Shown in pieces: positions 1 through 11,851 of a stretch of DNA of 64,000 nt. The stretch lies in NCBI RefSeq assembly GCF_016433145.1, contig NC_058130.1, positions 726,185,885-726,249,884 on the forward strand. The letters run 5' to 3'. The translations under genes and the position numbers were made by a program. The DNA comes from Gracilinanus agilis. Its lineage: Eukaryota. Position 1 is the first letter of the stretch, and every line of letters starts with the position of its first letter. The notes below the pieces were generated by a model. The model made no database searches and was not told the DNA's origin. It was given only the letters and a program-made list of their open reading frames with translations.

Positions 1-29
1 CAAACTTTGTGATGCTATATAGATGTTAG

Positions 30-90
30 CAATAACATCAATGATGATAATGATAATAATGATAATAATAATAATAATGATAATAATGAT
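30..90. repeat. (ATA/ATG)n trinucleotide microsatellite
   Basis: ATGATGATAATGATAATAATGATAATAATAATAATAATGATAATAATGAT. Confidence 0.9.
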
Positions 91-341
91 ACTGAAAAAT
101 GAACGCAAAGACTTAACTGGCTACTTCCAAGTACCTGTAACCTGGAAAGGTTACTCTTTTGAGATCTTTTCAGGCTTAGAAAAATTATTTGACTTTGCAG
201 GCAAGTAGTCCTAGGTTTTCTCCTAACATGAATATAATTTCCCTCTGACTGAGCTAACTAAAAGAAATTAAAAAAAAAAAATGCAGGTTGATTGGTTGGT
301 TGATTCCCTCTTTCCTTCTTTTTTTTTTTCTTTTAAAAACA

Positions 342-528
342 CTTACCTTCTGTCTTGGGGGCAAATACTGTATATTGGCTACAAGGCAGAAGAGTGGTAA
401 GGGTAGGCAATGGGAGTCAAGTGACTTGCCCAGGGTCACACAGCTGGGAAGTGTCTGAGGCCAGATTTGAACCTTGGACCTCCTGTCTCTAGGCCTGGCT
501 CTCAACCTATTGAGCTACCCAGTTGCCC
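342..528 (-). mobile_element. SINE1_Mdo-like marsupial SINE
   Basis: Reverse complement of the ...GGCAGCTGGGTAGCTCAGTGGATTGAGAGCCAGGCCTAGAGA... head and CORE region, with a T-rich tail on the left. Confidence 0.85.
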
Positions 529-1147
529 TCTCTTCTTTCCTTTTTAAAAAAAGAATTTCTTTTAAAAAAGAAATGAAATCCCAATCTTCTACAAGGTACA
601 TCTCAAAGAATTTCCACTATTTCAAGCAGTTCAACAAAAGACTGCCTGTTGACTGAAGAAATTCCCTGTTCTCTGAAATGGCCAAATATTTTGATAAGAG
701 AACAGATGACTTCATTCATTCACACACATGCAAACAAGTTTGCCCATGCTTGTGTCTCTCCTTTTAATCTATGTCTATAGTGTGCTTCTGGGGGATATCA
801 GAAGGGGATGCCATGGGCTGATCTTTAGGGTTCTAATCTATTGACCCTGTGGTGGTACATGTGCCCAGAAATCCAAGTCACTTTGATTCCCTGGAGTATG
901 ACCTTTTTTAAAACGACCTTCACCATCTATCAAGGTTTGCTTGGCTAATCCAAAAATAAACAGGCATGCCAGGACTATGCACACATTGACAAGAGAGGAA
1001 GTGACCCAGAGTGTACTGGCCCCAGCCTTACTTGGCACATGGGAGAAGACAGAGTAGTCTAATGCAAAGAGGGTTAAGTAAGGAATGAAAAGAACTAGTC
1101 CAATTTGTAGCTGGATAATATAATATACTTAACAAACCTGTACTTTT

Positions 1148-1347
1148 TCTTTCTTTCTTTCTTTTTTTTAAAACCCTTAACTTCTGTGTGTATTGGCTCA
1201 TAGGTGGAAGAGTGGTAAGGGTGGGCAATGGGGGTCAAGTGACTTGCCCAGGGTCACACAGCTGGGAAGTGTCTGAGGCCAGATTTGAACCTAGGACCTC
1301 CCGTCTCTAGGCCTGGCTCTCAATCCACTGAGCTACCCAGCTGCCCC
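1148..1347 (-). mobile_element. Young SINE1_Mdo-like SINE with 17-bp TSD
   Basis: TSD AACAAACCTGTACTTTT at 1131-1147 and 1348-1364; near-identical to copies at 13322, 33853 and 62265. Confidence 0.92.
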
Positions 1348-2399
1348 AACAAACCTGTACTTTTAAGAAATCATTCATGAGGCAAGTCACTACAGGAAGG
1401 TATGTGTGGGACAGTGGGGAAAAACCAATAGATTTGATGTCAAAGGCATGAAGTTCAAATCTTGGTTCTGCATTTTACTAAATGATGTATTAATCTTGAG
1501 TGAACCATTTTACTCTTCTGGGGCTCAGTTTTCTCATCTGTAAAATGAGGGTCTGAGGGAGGGGCAGATTTAATAACCAAATTCCCAAGATTCTTTCTAA
1601 TTCTAAATCTATCATCTGATGATCCTATGACTTCCCAAGATAGTCCTTTCCTCTTGGGGATTGGGCTAGTTGCTAGAAAATTTTTTTTCCTATCAAGTCA
1701 AAATCTACCTCTTCCAAATTTCCACCCATTGCTTCTACGTATGTCCTTTGCATCCATTCAGCAGTTCTACATTGTACCTCCACTATCTTAAATGCAATCG
1801 TATATATATCATATACACAAATACAGGAATGGAGAAAGAGCAGTTGTGTGGAGGCCTGCAAACATGCATATATACATGTACAGACCAATCTACCCACCCA
1901 AAGCTATCTATGGGATGTGTCTTTCTAGGAGAGAAGATGATCATTAAGTCTTCCACTGGGTCCAAAGCTAATGAATAATTAGCTCTGATTATGACTACAT
2001 TCAAAGCTCAATCAACACATGCCTCTTAATTCCCCCACATCTTAGGGACCCATGACTTCTGCACTAACTGCAATATGTAAATAACCACATGTGAGTATAC
2101 ATATATATGTTATTAACTCCAGTGTATGTTATGGTATATATGGAGACAATAACACAAACTGACTCTCCTCCCACCAGATTCCTCTTTCGTTGTTCCTAGG
2201 CTAGAGTTGGGCCCTCAGGAATGGATTGGTGTTTATCAATGATAATTCATAAACTTCATAAACCTGCAGGGGGAATTCAAGATTATCTCTTACCCAGAAC
2301 TCACAGGGGATCGCTTCTTAATCACAGCCCCTTGATGCCTATAAAGCAGGCCAGGGCTGGTATTCTAAACATGTATACGTTAAGAGTTGCAGGGATATG

Positions 2400-2583
2400 G
2401 GGCAGCTAGGTGGCTTACTGGAAAGAGAGTCAGACCAGGAGACAGGAGATTCTGGGTTCAAATCTGGCCTTATACACTTCTTAGCTGTGTGATCCTGGGA
2501 AAGTCACTTGACTCCAATTGCCTACCCTTTAAAGCTCTTCTGCCTTAGAATCAATTCTTAGACAGGATTAAAAAAAAAAAAAA
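2400..2583 (+). mobile_element. Older SINE1-like SINE
   Basis: GGCAGCTAGGTGGC head, GGTTCAAATC box B-like motif, A tail. Confidence 0.75.
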
Positions 2584-2834
2584 GAATTGAGGTGGCAGAG
2601 CTGGCAATTATTTGGTCAATTTACCTTGGTCATAAAGGTGATCTGTCCTAGAACTGAGGCCCTCCCCACCTTGGGGAGATGCTGAGAGAAGAGGCCAATG
2701 ATATTTGTTCTTCCTTTTGAACAAATGGAGGAAATGGACCAGAAAGCCAGAGAAGATGTGAGGAAGATAAGAGCTGAAGAAGCTACATTTAAATTTGTAT
2801 TCTCTCTGAAGTCTCTATGTGGGCCCAGCCTCTT

Positions 2835-2848
2835 CCTGCAGGGGGCGC
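2835..2848 (+). promoter_or_regulatory. CTCF-like motif CCTGCAGGGGGCGC
   Basis: 13/14 match to CCASYAGRKGGCRS; followed by GC, giving CGCG in an otherwise CpG-poor region. Confidence 0.55.
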
Positions 2849-2868
2849 GCCTGGTTTGACATTCTTAC

Positions 2869-2959
2869 CTTGTTTAAAGCATGGACTGGAATGTGAGGGG
2901 CATTGATGTCCTTCAGATCTCGCTCTGCATCGTACCTGAGATCATTAGAGACGCTGAAC
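2869..2959 (-). CDS. SBNO2: SBNO2 exon (exon 10 equivalent): (W)[30 protein letters not shown]
   Basis: Acceptor ggcttctgcag|G, donor AAG|gtaaga; 91 nt, phase 2/0; matches human FSVSNDLKYDAERDLRDI...VHALSK. Confidence 0.97.
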
Positions 2960-3214
2960 CTGCAGAAGCCAAAGGAGTAAAGTTACCTTCCCTGGAGAGC
3001 TCTCTCCTTTCTTTGGCCTACTCTCTCCCCTTGACATAAGATGGAAAAGGGAAGGGAGTGGGGAAAAGGAGGGGGAGACACGAATGACAATGCGGCATCA
3101 TCCAAGCCCCACTGCTGGAAAAACAGGCTGGAGCACAGAATGACAGCCAAGGTACAAGTGTAGGGAGAAAGTGAGGAGACCCCATAAATGGACTGAGGAA
3201 GGAGGAATACTAAC

Positions 3215-3348
3215 CACAGGGATTTTTTCCTGCCCTTCAGGAAGTTCTCAAAGATGATCCCAGCCACAGTCCTGCCCTTCCCAACACCGGCACCATCTCC
3301 AATGAGGAACCCGGCTCGCTGTCCATTGGGTAGTAGGACTTCATGTTG
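3215..3348 (-). CDS. SBNO2: SBNO2 exon (exon 9 equivalent): [44 protein letters not shown](W), Walker A-like P-loop
   Basis: Acceptor gattggcag|CAA, donor TG|gttagt; 134 nt, phase 0/2; [11 protein letters not shown] motif typical of SBNO proteins. Confidence 0.98.
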
Positions 3349-3992
3349 CTGCCAATCACAAGAGGAGTTAGCACTTGAAAGCTTCCTAGAGGTTGGAGTG
3401 AGTATTGGCCACCTACCACCACTAGCACAGTGACCTAGGAAGGGCCTTGTAAAATCTAAAGGGCAATGGGGCAAGAGAGAGTAGATTATGATGATGATGA
3501 TAATAACCATGTTCTTCCATTTTTATTGCTACTTCCCAAGAGCTAAGACCAAAACAAAAAACAACAGGAGAAAATTTAAAGAGGGGAGGCCTTTCTGTAA
3601 AATGCTGGCAAAATAGGGAGAGACAAGAGTGAAGAGGACAAATTTGGGGAGTTCCCAACTGATTTCGGTCCAAACTGAGACTTCTAACTTCTGAGCATGA
3701 CACCTGGTCATCTCCAGGTACATATGTGCATGCTGTCTCTTATCTTTCTCCTCCCCCCATCACTGGATATGTTAAAGCAAAGGAGGCTGGACAATGGTCT
3801 TACTGGGAATACTATAAAAAGGAAACATCTGTCATGCAGGTGACTAGTCCTTCCCAACTCAGAAATTCCATAACTCACTCAGTTAAACTGACATCTGATG
3901 TCAAAAATGGGCAAATGAGGAGGAAAATTAGTTCAAGATGTAGCAGAGATGTTTTCCCAGCACCCCAAAGTACTAGGATACACTAATAATAC

Positions 3993-4153
3993 CTGGCAGG
4001 CATAAGTGATGGCTTCTAATTGTAGTGCTGACAACGACCCACTTTCGGCTGCTGAGGTGGGCAAGGAGAGGGTATAAGTGATGTCAGGTGGAGGAACACT
4101 GGAGAGAGTACTTGTTTCAACCACACGGTCTGGGTGATGTTTTCCAATTTTAG
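3993..4153 (-). CDS. SBNO2: SBNO2 exon (exon 8 equivalent): (S)[53 protein letters not shown]
   Basis: Acceptor attccttccag|CT, donor CAG|gtatta; 161 nt, phase 1/0; start of the strawberry-notch NTPase region. Confidence 0.97.
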
Positions 4154-4982
4154 CTGGAAGGAATATATACCATTTTCAAAAGATGAGCCTTCACTGTTGA
4201 AAGAATCATATTGTAACCTGGACTTTCCTTTATCCTCCTTAACCAGGTGCTTCCAATCCCTCATCTACTCAAGGAAAGAAAAAAGGGCTTATGTGGTGCC
4301 TAGGAAAAACCCTAAGAGAGCCAGAAGCAGGGGAGAGTGCTTAGATACCTTCATATTTCTGTGACTGTGGGCAAGTTATATCATACCTCTGGGGACTCAG
4401 TTTACTTATCAGTAACAAAAAGATACTGAACTAGATCATAGCTAAGGCCCTTTTTTAAGTCCATAGGACAAACAGCCAAGGTTGGTGATTGAAAATAAGC
4501 TAATTAGAGAAATGTTCCTGCCATGGTTTTAGGATCTTTCTAGACTCTGAAGCTCCACAAAGTCATTAGACTAGGGCTGGGGTAAGATGTTAGCAGACTA
4601 AGCAGCAGGCAGGCCCACCTTCAAGGCATAGGAAGAGGAAGGAGGAGGACACTTGGAGGCAGAAGAGTACTAAATTGAGTTCAGAGTGGGCCTCAACATC
4701 TATTGGCTTTACCATCAATGAGCTTTTACCAGGATCCTACAGGCTCCCTTGAGTGTGGGATAAAGAGGACTCTGAGGAGGAGTTAAGAGCCCTGGTTTTG
4801 GTTTCAGAGAGTCTGGGATGTGGGCACAAATCCTGATTCTACCACTTTGGAGTCAAACTACTTTTCTAAACTTCAATTTCCTCTACTAGTCAATGGGTCA
4901 GTCTCACAGATATGATGTGAACATTGAGAATGTGATAATGCATATAAAGTACTTTGTGAATTGGAAATCATAATTTGTGAGA

Positions 4983-5170
4983 GGGCAGCTAGATGGACTG
5001 AGATCCAGGCAAGGAGTCAGGGGGTCCTGGGTTCAAATCTGACATCAGATACTTTCTAGCTGTGTGACTCTGGACAAGTCACTTAACCCCAACTGCCAAG
5101 CCCTGACCATCCTTCTGCCTTGGAACTAACATGTAGGATTGATTCTAAGGCCAAACCTAATAGTTGTAAA
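4983..5170 (+). mobile_element. Older SINE1-like SINE
   Basis: GGGCAGCTAG head, GGGTTCAAATCTGAC, CAAGTCACTTAACC core. Confidence 0.75.
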
Positions 5171-5645
5171 AAGTAGGAAATCATATTTATAGGTTGGCCC
5201 AACTTAGTCCCAAGTCTCTAAGAATTTTCTTAAGCTCTCTGCATCAGATTCAAGGGGCTCTTTAGCTTCTTTCTTGGCTCAGCTCAAATGCTACCTCCCA
5301 CAGGAGGCCTCTCTGGCTCTCCTCAGGGGAAGTCCCCAGCCATCCTCTGTGCATGTTCATTGTACTTCCTTACCTATATATGCATTTCTCTCCAAACTCC
5401 CCTCCACTGGCAGAATGCAAGCAGACCGAGGGCAGAGACTGTTTCATGTATATTTTTGTACCCTCACAGCTTAGCAAAATGACTATAAAAAGATGATTCA
5501 TAGATGTTTGCTGAACTGAACTGACTTGAGCTTTTCAAAATAAGAGATCTGTGTGGCTCTGTGGCTCCCAGCAGAGATAATGAAAACCAAAGGAAGTGTG
5601 ATTCAGAGGGCTTATAGCCAAGCCCAGGCAATCAAAGCTGCTCAC

Positions 5646-5742
5646 ATTTGGATGGGACATAATCAGCATAGGTTTCTGCATGGCCCAGCTCTTCTGCCTC
5701 TTCTTCATCACCCTCATCATCATCCTCTGGCTGACTCTGTGA
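5646..5742 (-). CDS. SBNO2: SBNO2 exon (exon 7 equivalent): [32 protein letters not shown](S)
   Basis: Acceptor ttttcctcttccag|TCA, donor AAT|gtgagc; 97 nt, phase 0/1; acidic tract plus conserved [15 protein letters not shown]. Confidence 0.96.
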
Positions 5743-5926
5743 CTGGAAGAGGAAAAGAAAGTCTTGAGGGCATCAAAATGGTATGGCCACAGGACAAGGA
5801 GGCAGGGAGAATAGGGAAGAATACAGACTTTCTAGACTGTGTATGTGGTTCAGGGCAAAGTCACAACCTCTCTGGATTGCATTTTATCACCTGTAAAAAT
5901 TAGCGAATTTTATTAATTTGATTTGT

Positions 5927-6142
5927 AAAGCTCCCCAGCTCTGGCAATCTGTCCTTAGAGCCTACCAATCCTGACCTTCTGTGTCAAAGGTTCTTCCAAG
6001 CTCTGACATTCTGGGTTCTAAGGGCCTCCCAGCTCTGACATTCTCTGTGCTAAGGTCCCTCCTAGTGCTAAGATTCCACATTCTAAGAGTCTTTCCAACT
6101 ATGACCATTTCATGTTCTAAGGGCCCCACCAGCTCTGAGATT
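5927..6142 (+). repeat. Degenerate ~32-bp tandem array (about 7 units, consensus ~AAGGTCCCTTCCAGCTCTGACATTCTGTGTTCT)
   Basis: Units aligned by eye, e.g. aagggcctcccagctctgacattctctgtgct and aaggttcttccaagctctgacattctgggttct; resembles the MIR3/L3(CR1) 3' tail. Confidence 0.75.
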
Positions 6143-6565
6143 TATACCATTAGATTTTTCAACAGAAGGGGGATAAGCAGAAGAAAAATTCACAACAATT
6201 CTGTATGCTACTTGGATGAATTTCTGTTTGAAGAATGGGTAAGGGATAAGGCTGAAATTCTCTGCTTGAATCTTAATGAACCATGCGGCGCTATCTCCCA
6301 GTAAAAGTGATAACTAAAAGTTGTCTGAACCATAAAGCCCCCCAGGATGTTATAATCTTTCAGAACTGGACTTTCCAAAATGAAGTGTCTTCTTAGGAAG
6401 TGGAACTGGTTGGGGAGTGTCTGTGCAGGGAGTTTTCCAGGGTGTGCGTCCACACCCTTCTTTCAAAAAAACTTCTCATTCTGTAAAGCCCTATATGGAT
6501 GTAGTGCCTCGAGGCTTGATGTGAGCAGGCAGGAGGAGCAGTGAGGAAAGGAAGGGGCAGCTCAC

Positions 6566-6649
6566 CTGGTAACTCACAAGCAGTGGGGTATTCGTAATAG
6601 CAGCGACTGAGTCATCCAAACCTAGAAACTGTCCTGCAGATGAGAACAG
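6566..6649 (-). CDS. SBNO2: SBNO2 exon (exon 6 equivalent): LFSSAGQFLGLDDSVAAITNTPLLVSYQ
   Basis: Acceptor ctctctttcag|CTG, donor CAG|gtgagc; 84 nt, phase 0/0; ends in the conserved TPLLVSYQ. Confidence 0.93.
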
Positions 6650-7114
6650 CTGAAAGAGAGCAGAAAACAAAACAATTCAAACAAAAGGTGCTTTGAAATC
6701 AGTGATGTGGCAGACTACCCATGTCTCAATACCCCTTATCTAAGAGCAGTCAAACAGTTAAGGGCTGCTATGGTGTGCCGTGGAATTGGCAGCTGGCTTG
6801 GAAACAAGGTGCCAAGGCCTTTTGGTAATAGTCTAGCCTGGAGGCATCTCCAGAGAGTTCTTCAGGTTAAGGGGGATGGTAGGCTTGACCCTTTCTATGA
6901 GTATCTGATTTACTTAGTGAAAAACAGATGAGGAATTTATATGTTGCTCACACACTCATATTTCAGCAAAATTTTAAGACAATTTATTATTACAAGGTTT
7001 CAGAGATGCTGCTGTGGAAACCTCAGACAAAAGATGCCCATTCAAGATTTACCTTTGTATTAACTACTACTTGTTTGATCTCCTCAGCAAAGAGAGATGG
7101 GCCAGGTCATCAAT

Positions 7115-7220
7115 AGGAGCCTTCCCAGGCCTGACAGTCTGTGTCCTAAGGGTTGTCCCAGCAATGACAATCCTGTTTTCAGGGCCCTTCCAAGCTTTAA
7201 TGTTCTGGTTCCAAGTGTCC
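7115..7220 (+). repeat. Second degenerate ~32-bp tandem array (3-4 units)
   Basis: aggagccttcccaggcctgacagtctgtgtcct / aagggttgtcccagcaatgacaatcctgttttc / agggcccttccaagctttaatgttctggttcc. Confidence 0.6.
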
Positions 7221-8282
7221 CATCTATTTCCCAACTCAACTTATCAACTTGAGTATTCCACATTCTATGCTGAAAGACTCGTTCTAGGAGTTATAAATGG
7301 AAGGGGGGCTGAGAGAGTACCTCCTCATTTACAGAGGAGGGGAATGAGGTACAGAGAAAGAAGTGACTTGTCCAAGATCACAAGGTAAGTCCATAGCAAA
7401 GGCAGTATCTGAAGCCAGTAATGCCCGCCAAAACTAGCACTTCCTGTTCCTTTTATTATGGACTTACAAATCAGCACATATGGATATTTCACTTATATCA
7501 AGAAGAAAAGATTATGGAATATGAGACTGTGAATATCTGTTATGTACAACTCAAAAAAACCCCCATACTTTACATGTAAAATCATACCCTCTTTTAGAAG
7601 GAGCTGTTGAAACTTTCCAAAGCCCCTTGCAGTTTGCTAGGAGATCATTTAGGGTTTTTTCACCAGACCTAGGCCCTCCCCTTGTTGGACTCTGGTCACT
7701 CCAGGTTACTCCTGCTCATTCTAAGGGGACCCTCCTGACAAAAAGGAATAGGCAGATGTATTTGGATAGGAAAACTAGGACCAGAGCACATCTGTGAAAA
7801 CAAAGCTCTAGTTAGGGAAGGAGGGGACAGTCACAGGAGTAAGAGTCATACACAGTGACTGAGAGGCAAAGCCAGAGAATATTTCGTCCAGTGGGTGGGT
7901 TGTTACTCTGGGGCTGCCTGGGCCCCACCCAGTGCTTGGCTTCCAAAAGACTGCCACTTCTGTAAGGCTCAAAGTTTGTGAAAGAATTTTCTTCTCAACC
8001 ACTGTAGAAAGCAGAGGCAGACTAAATCCAAGTGTTGTTACCCTCATTTTACAGGTAAGGAAACTGAGGCTCAAAGCAATGAATCAATCTATAATCATTT
8101 ATTAGATGGCTGTATATATCAGTAATTGGCCTAGATATGAGGGATATAAAGATAAAATAGGAAACAACTGCCACTCTCATGAATCTTCCACTATATCTGA
8201 AGAAACATGAACAATATGTACATGTATCAGAAAGTATAAAATAGATACAGAAACCCCCTCCCCACAAAATAATTTCAAGTGA

Positions 8283-8495
8283 GGGACAGTTAGGTGACAG
8301 AGGATAGAGCCCTGGGACTAGAGTTGGGAAGACTCACACATGGGTAAGTCGTTTATCCTTGTTTGCCTCAGTTTCCTCATCTGTAAAATGAGCTGGAAAA
8401 GGAAATGACAAACCATTGTAGTACCTTTGCAAAGAAGACCTCAAATCGAGTCACACAGAGTTGGACATGACTGAAACAAATGAACAATAACAATA
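8283..8495 (+). mobile_element. MAR1-like CORE-SINE (RTE-derived tail)
   Basis: CTCAGTTTCCTCATCTGTAAAATGAGCTGG core followed by the AAGGAAATG-CAAACCA...GACATGACTGAA tail. Confidence 0.75.
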
Positions 8496-8527
8496 AAATT
8501 CAAGTGAGAGAAATAAGAAGTAGCTTG

Positions 8528-8690
8528 AGAAAGTGGCAGCTGGGTAGACAGAATGCCAAGCCTGGAGTCCAAAGGACTTGACTAAGACATCTCCTTGGTA
8601 AAGTGGGTAAGTCACTTAATCTCAACTGCCTAGGCCTTGCCCTTCTGTTTTACAGTTGTTACTAGAATAGAAAGTAAGGGTTTAAAAAAA
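8528..8690 (+). mobile_element. Older SINE1-like SINE
   Basis: GGCAGCTGGGTAGACAG head, AAGTCACTTAATCTC core, AGGGTTTAAAAAAA end. Confidence 0.65.
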
Positions 8691-10344
8691 TTACTTGAAA
8701 AAAAGAAAAAAGTTTGAGAACAGGGAAGTAGCTGCTAGGGGTTCAGGAAAGGTGCTAGAGCTGAAGAAAGAAGAGGAGTTTTAGGAGGCCAAGGGGTTGA
8801 GGTAAGGCATTCCAGGTCTGGGGTAGATTAGAACAAAGCTGCAGAGATAAGGGAGGGAATATTATATGAGAGGAACTGCAAGAAGGTCAGTCTGGTTAGA
8901 TTGCAGAGTTGGGAGAGAGGAGTGATGTGCAATTAGGCTACAAAGAATGATGAGTTATAAAAAGCTTTAAAGGAATTTTTATTTGATCTCAGAGACAATA
9001 GGGAGTTTACTGAGAAGATTGACACGGTAAGATCTCTGCCTAAAGGGAGAAGAAAAGGCCCTGCCTCATCACTAGAGACCTGAGGAACAGAGAGAGGACT
9101 TAATGTGGCCAAGGGATTTTGAGAGGAAGCAAAGGGAAGGAGGAGGAGCTCAGTGATGTATCTATCAAGTCTATCAGCTGAGGTCCTCAGAAGACTGTAG
9201 GCAGACTTGAGGTTTGAGAAGGGAAGAGAAGGCTTACAAAAGCTTCAATGGAGAGTGAGCTGGGAAATGAGTCAGTTAGCAATAAAAGGCCTGCTTCATT
9301 GCAGTGAGGGTCAGAGAACTCTAATGACAAGCTTCAGGGTGTGACCAGTCATCCCTGTGCCCTTGTGGGGAACAAAGTCATGGGAGTTGAGACAAATAGT
9401 TCAGTGGCTTTCCCAAGGTCCTACAAGTGATATGTAAGGACTCCTGGGGTTCCCAGTTCAAGCTGCTTTTCAATAATGACCTTCCTAGGAAAAGGGACTC
9501 CAATCCTATATTTCTTTATACTCTAACTCAGGACCTGGAAAAGCCAGCATTCCCCAGTGCTGCTAGTTGTCAAGAAAGCCATAAATTCAGAATGAATGGG
9601 AATTCCAACAGAGGGCATTCCTCCTACAGGTTGGACTAGACCATGGAGAGAGGACCCACTAAGTCTCTGACCACAGCAGATTCCAAACCAGGTCATCTAA
9701 CTTCAAATCCAGTGAACTTTCTACTTTACTGAAAGCAAAGAACATCCCTAAGAAACAGAAGGAAGGGGAACAAGGGGGGAGAAAGGGAGGTGGAGATGGG
9801 GCATGTTTTCATTAGCAAGAAAAGCAAAGTACACTTTCTGACATGTCATTAAACTCCTGGAGCAGGGAGGAAGAAATGTCCCATGTCCCATCCTCTCAGC
9901 AGCAGGGAGCCTGGCCTCCTCAGATAAAGGCAAACTGGGAGGATAGGTGCTGGCTTGCCTAGCCATGTTCCACCTCATTGAAGAAAGGTACAGAAGAAAG
10001 CTGAAAAATTTGCCTGCTCTAAGAGATACAGACAGCACACACTGATGATGTCTTTGGGAGAAAGAGTTCCCTATAACCAGGAGGCACCATTCTGATGTGA
10101 CTATGTGCCAAGATTAGCTTCCTCCATTAAAAGAGAACACTGTTAATACTTATACCCATGAAGAAGACTGAATGGATAAGACTCAGTACTTTGATAGAAT
10201 TGGAATTTTCCAGAAAAACACAGAAATAGGCTCATTTGAATCAGGCAAAGGTATCAAGTGAGCAGAATAAACTGATATAGCCATTGAGCTATCATATTTA
10301 TTTACAGGATCTAAAAGTTGGATGGAAACACAGAGACCTAAGAA

Positions 10345-10595
10345 AGCAACTAGGTGGCACAATGGGTAGAGGCATTCAGCCTTGAGTCAAGAAGACCTGA
10401 GTTCAAATTCAGCATCAGACACTACCTGAATGTATGACCCTGGGCAAGTCACTTAACACTATTTGCCCCGGTTTCCTTATCTGTAAAATGAGCTGGAGAA
10501 GGAAATGGCAAATCATTCCAGTATCTCTGCCAAGAAAACTCCAAATGACACAGTCAGACACAACTAAAAACAACTAAAAACAACTAAATAACAAC
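10345..10595 (+). mobile_element. MAR1-like CORE-SINE
   Basis: tRNA-like head, core, GGAGAAGGAAATGGCAAATCATTCCAGTATC tail, (CAACTAAAAA)n end. Confidence 0.8.
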
Positions 10596-10920
10596 AGAGA
10601 TCCATATCTCCCCTAACTTTGCCACAGAGAATCAAGTCAAGGTTTTGGAAGCCTTACTTGAATCTCTGAACATTGTATGACTACAAAAAGCTGACCTTTT
10701 GTAATCACTTATTCACCCCATGTGAGCAGCCCACCTTTTATACTTAAATGCTCTTTGGTAACATTCTCTACTCTGCTCCTTCATAATTTCTTATTTGCAA
10801 AATATTTCTATCCATTCATGCCTGACAGGTACTTCCTGATTATTGCCTTTTGGATAACCCTCAATTTCAATACTTTGGAGATTATATTTATACTACATCA
10901 GAAGAGAATTAGTATTGGGA

Positions 10921-11100
10921 GGCAGGTAGGTGGTTCAGAGGATGGGTCAAAGAGATGGGAGGTCCTAGGTTCAAATCTGACCTTAGATACATCCTAGCTT
11001 TGTGACTCTGGCCAAGTCATTTAACCCCCACTAACTAACTAGCCCTTACTACTCTTTTGCTTTGGAACCAATACACAGTAAGGTTTTAAAAAAAAAAAAC
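10921..11100 (+). mobile_element. SINE1-like SINE
   Basis: GGCAGGTAGGTGG head, GGTCCTAGGTTCAAATCTGACC, A tail. Confidence 0.75.
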
Positions 11101-11232
11101 AAACAGTATTGGTGTTAAAAAAGATTGGATTTTTTTTTTCAGGGGAGAAACTTGAGATTATTAAAAGACCTCTGAAATTAACTGAAGGCAATACTGTTCA
11201 ACTCTAGGCCTAAACCATTATCCATTGCCAGC

Positions 11233-11289
11233 ATCTCTTTGAGCTTAAAAATATATTTTGTATCTCTTTGAGCTTAAAAATATATTTTG
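11233..11289. repeat. Perfect 28-bp tandem duplication (29-bp period)
   Basis: ATCTCTTTGAGCTTAAAAATATATTTTG at 11233-11260 and 11262-11289. Confidence 0.95.
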
Positions 11290-11851
11290 CAGTAGTCTTG
11301 AAATTTTAATTTGTTTAATTTAAACTGAAAAAGGAGGACAAAGAAAATGCCTGACAAATAGTCACTAGGCTAGATGCCAGACAGTAGCAAATATGTGAGA
11401 AGAGTAGAAGTTGACACTTAGAAAGAAGCTTACCCCCCCCCCAAAATCTCCATGGCCTCAGATCCACATCCACAAATGGGCCAAACAAAGGTAATGAACA
11501 AAATCAACTAAAGAGTAAGAACTAAAAATGTTTTGTCCTGGGTCAAAAATATGGCATGGAATGCACAGCAGTCCAATTGCTGTCATGAGAGGAAGGGGCT
11601 GTCTGGCCCTAGGGATTGGAAAGGTGGAGAAGAGACATGTTGGACTAAGGCAAAGGGAACTAAGGGCAACAAGGCACTGGAAGGCAGCAGAGACCCTGGG
11701 AATTAAATGCCTCCTTCCTCAAATTTAAAACCCCTAGAGCAAACTTGTCCTGTCTAGAAAGATTACAAGAATGGAAATTTGCCCCCTTTGGTGTTAGAGA
11801 GAGTTGGAGAGATGAGTCTTATGATGGGAATATAGTACTGGAAAAGTGACC

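Noticed and set aside
838-2409. Short ORFs left of exon 2869 checked as the next SBNO2 exon (IKYGD...EGVLFATY)
   Set aside because: No match in any frame I inspected; the next exon lies beyond the left edge.
2983-3510. 175-aa ORF in the track
   Set aside because: Only 3215-3348 is coding (SBNO2 exon); the rest is intronic read-through.
5927-6142. CRISPR-like regular spacing of ~32-bp units
   Set aside because: Eukaryotic context; units are degenerate and contiguous with no unique spacers.
6608-6614. AP-1 site TGAGTCA inside a coding exon
   Set aside because: Explained by codons GAT GAC TCA; this 7-mer occurs many times in the window.
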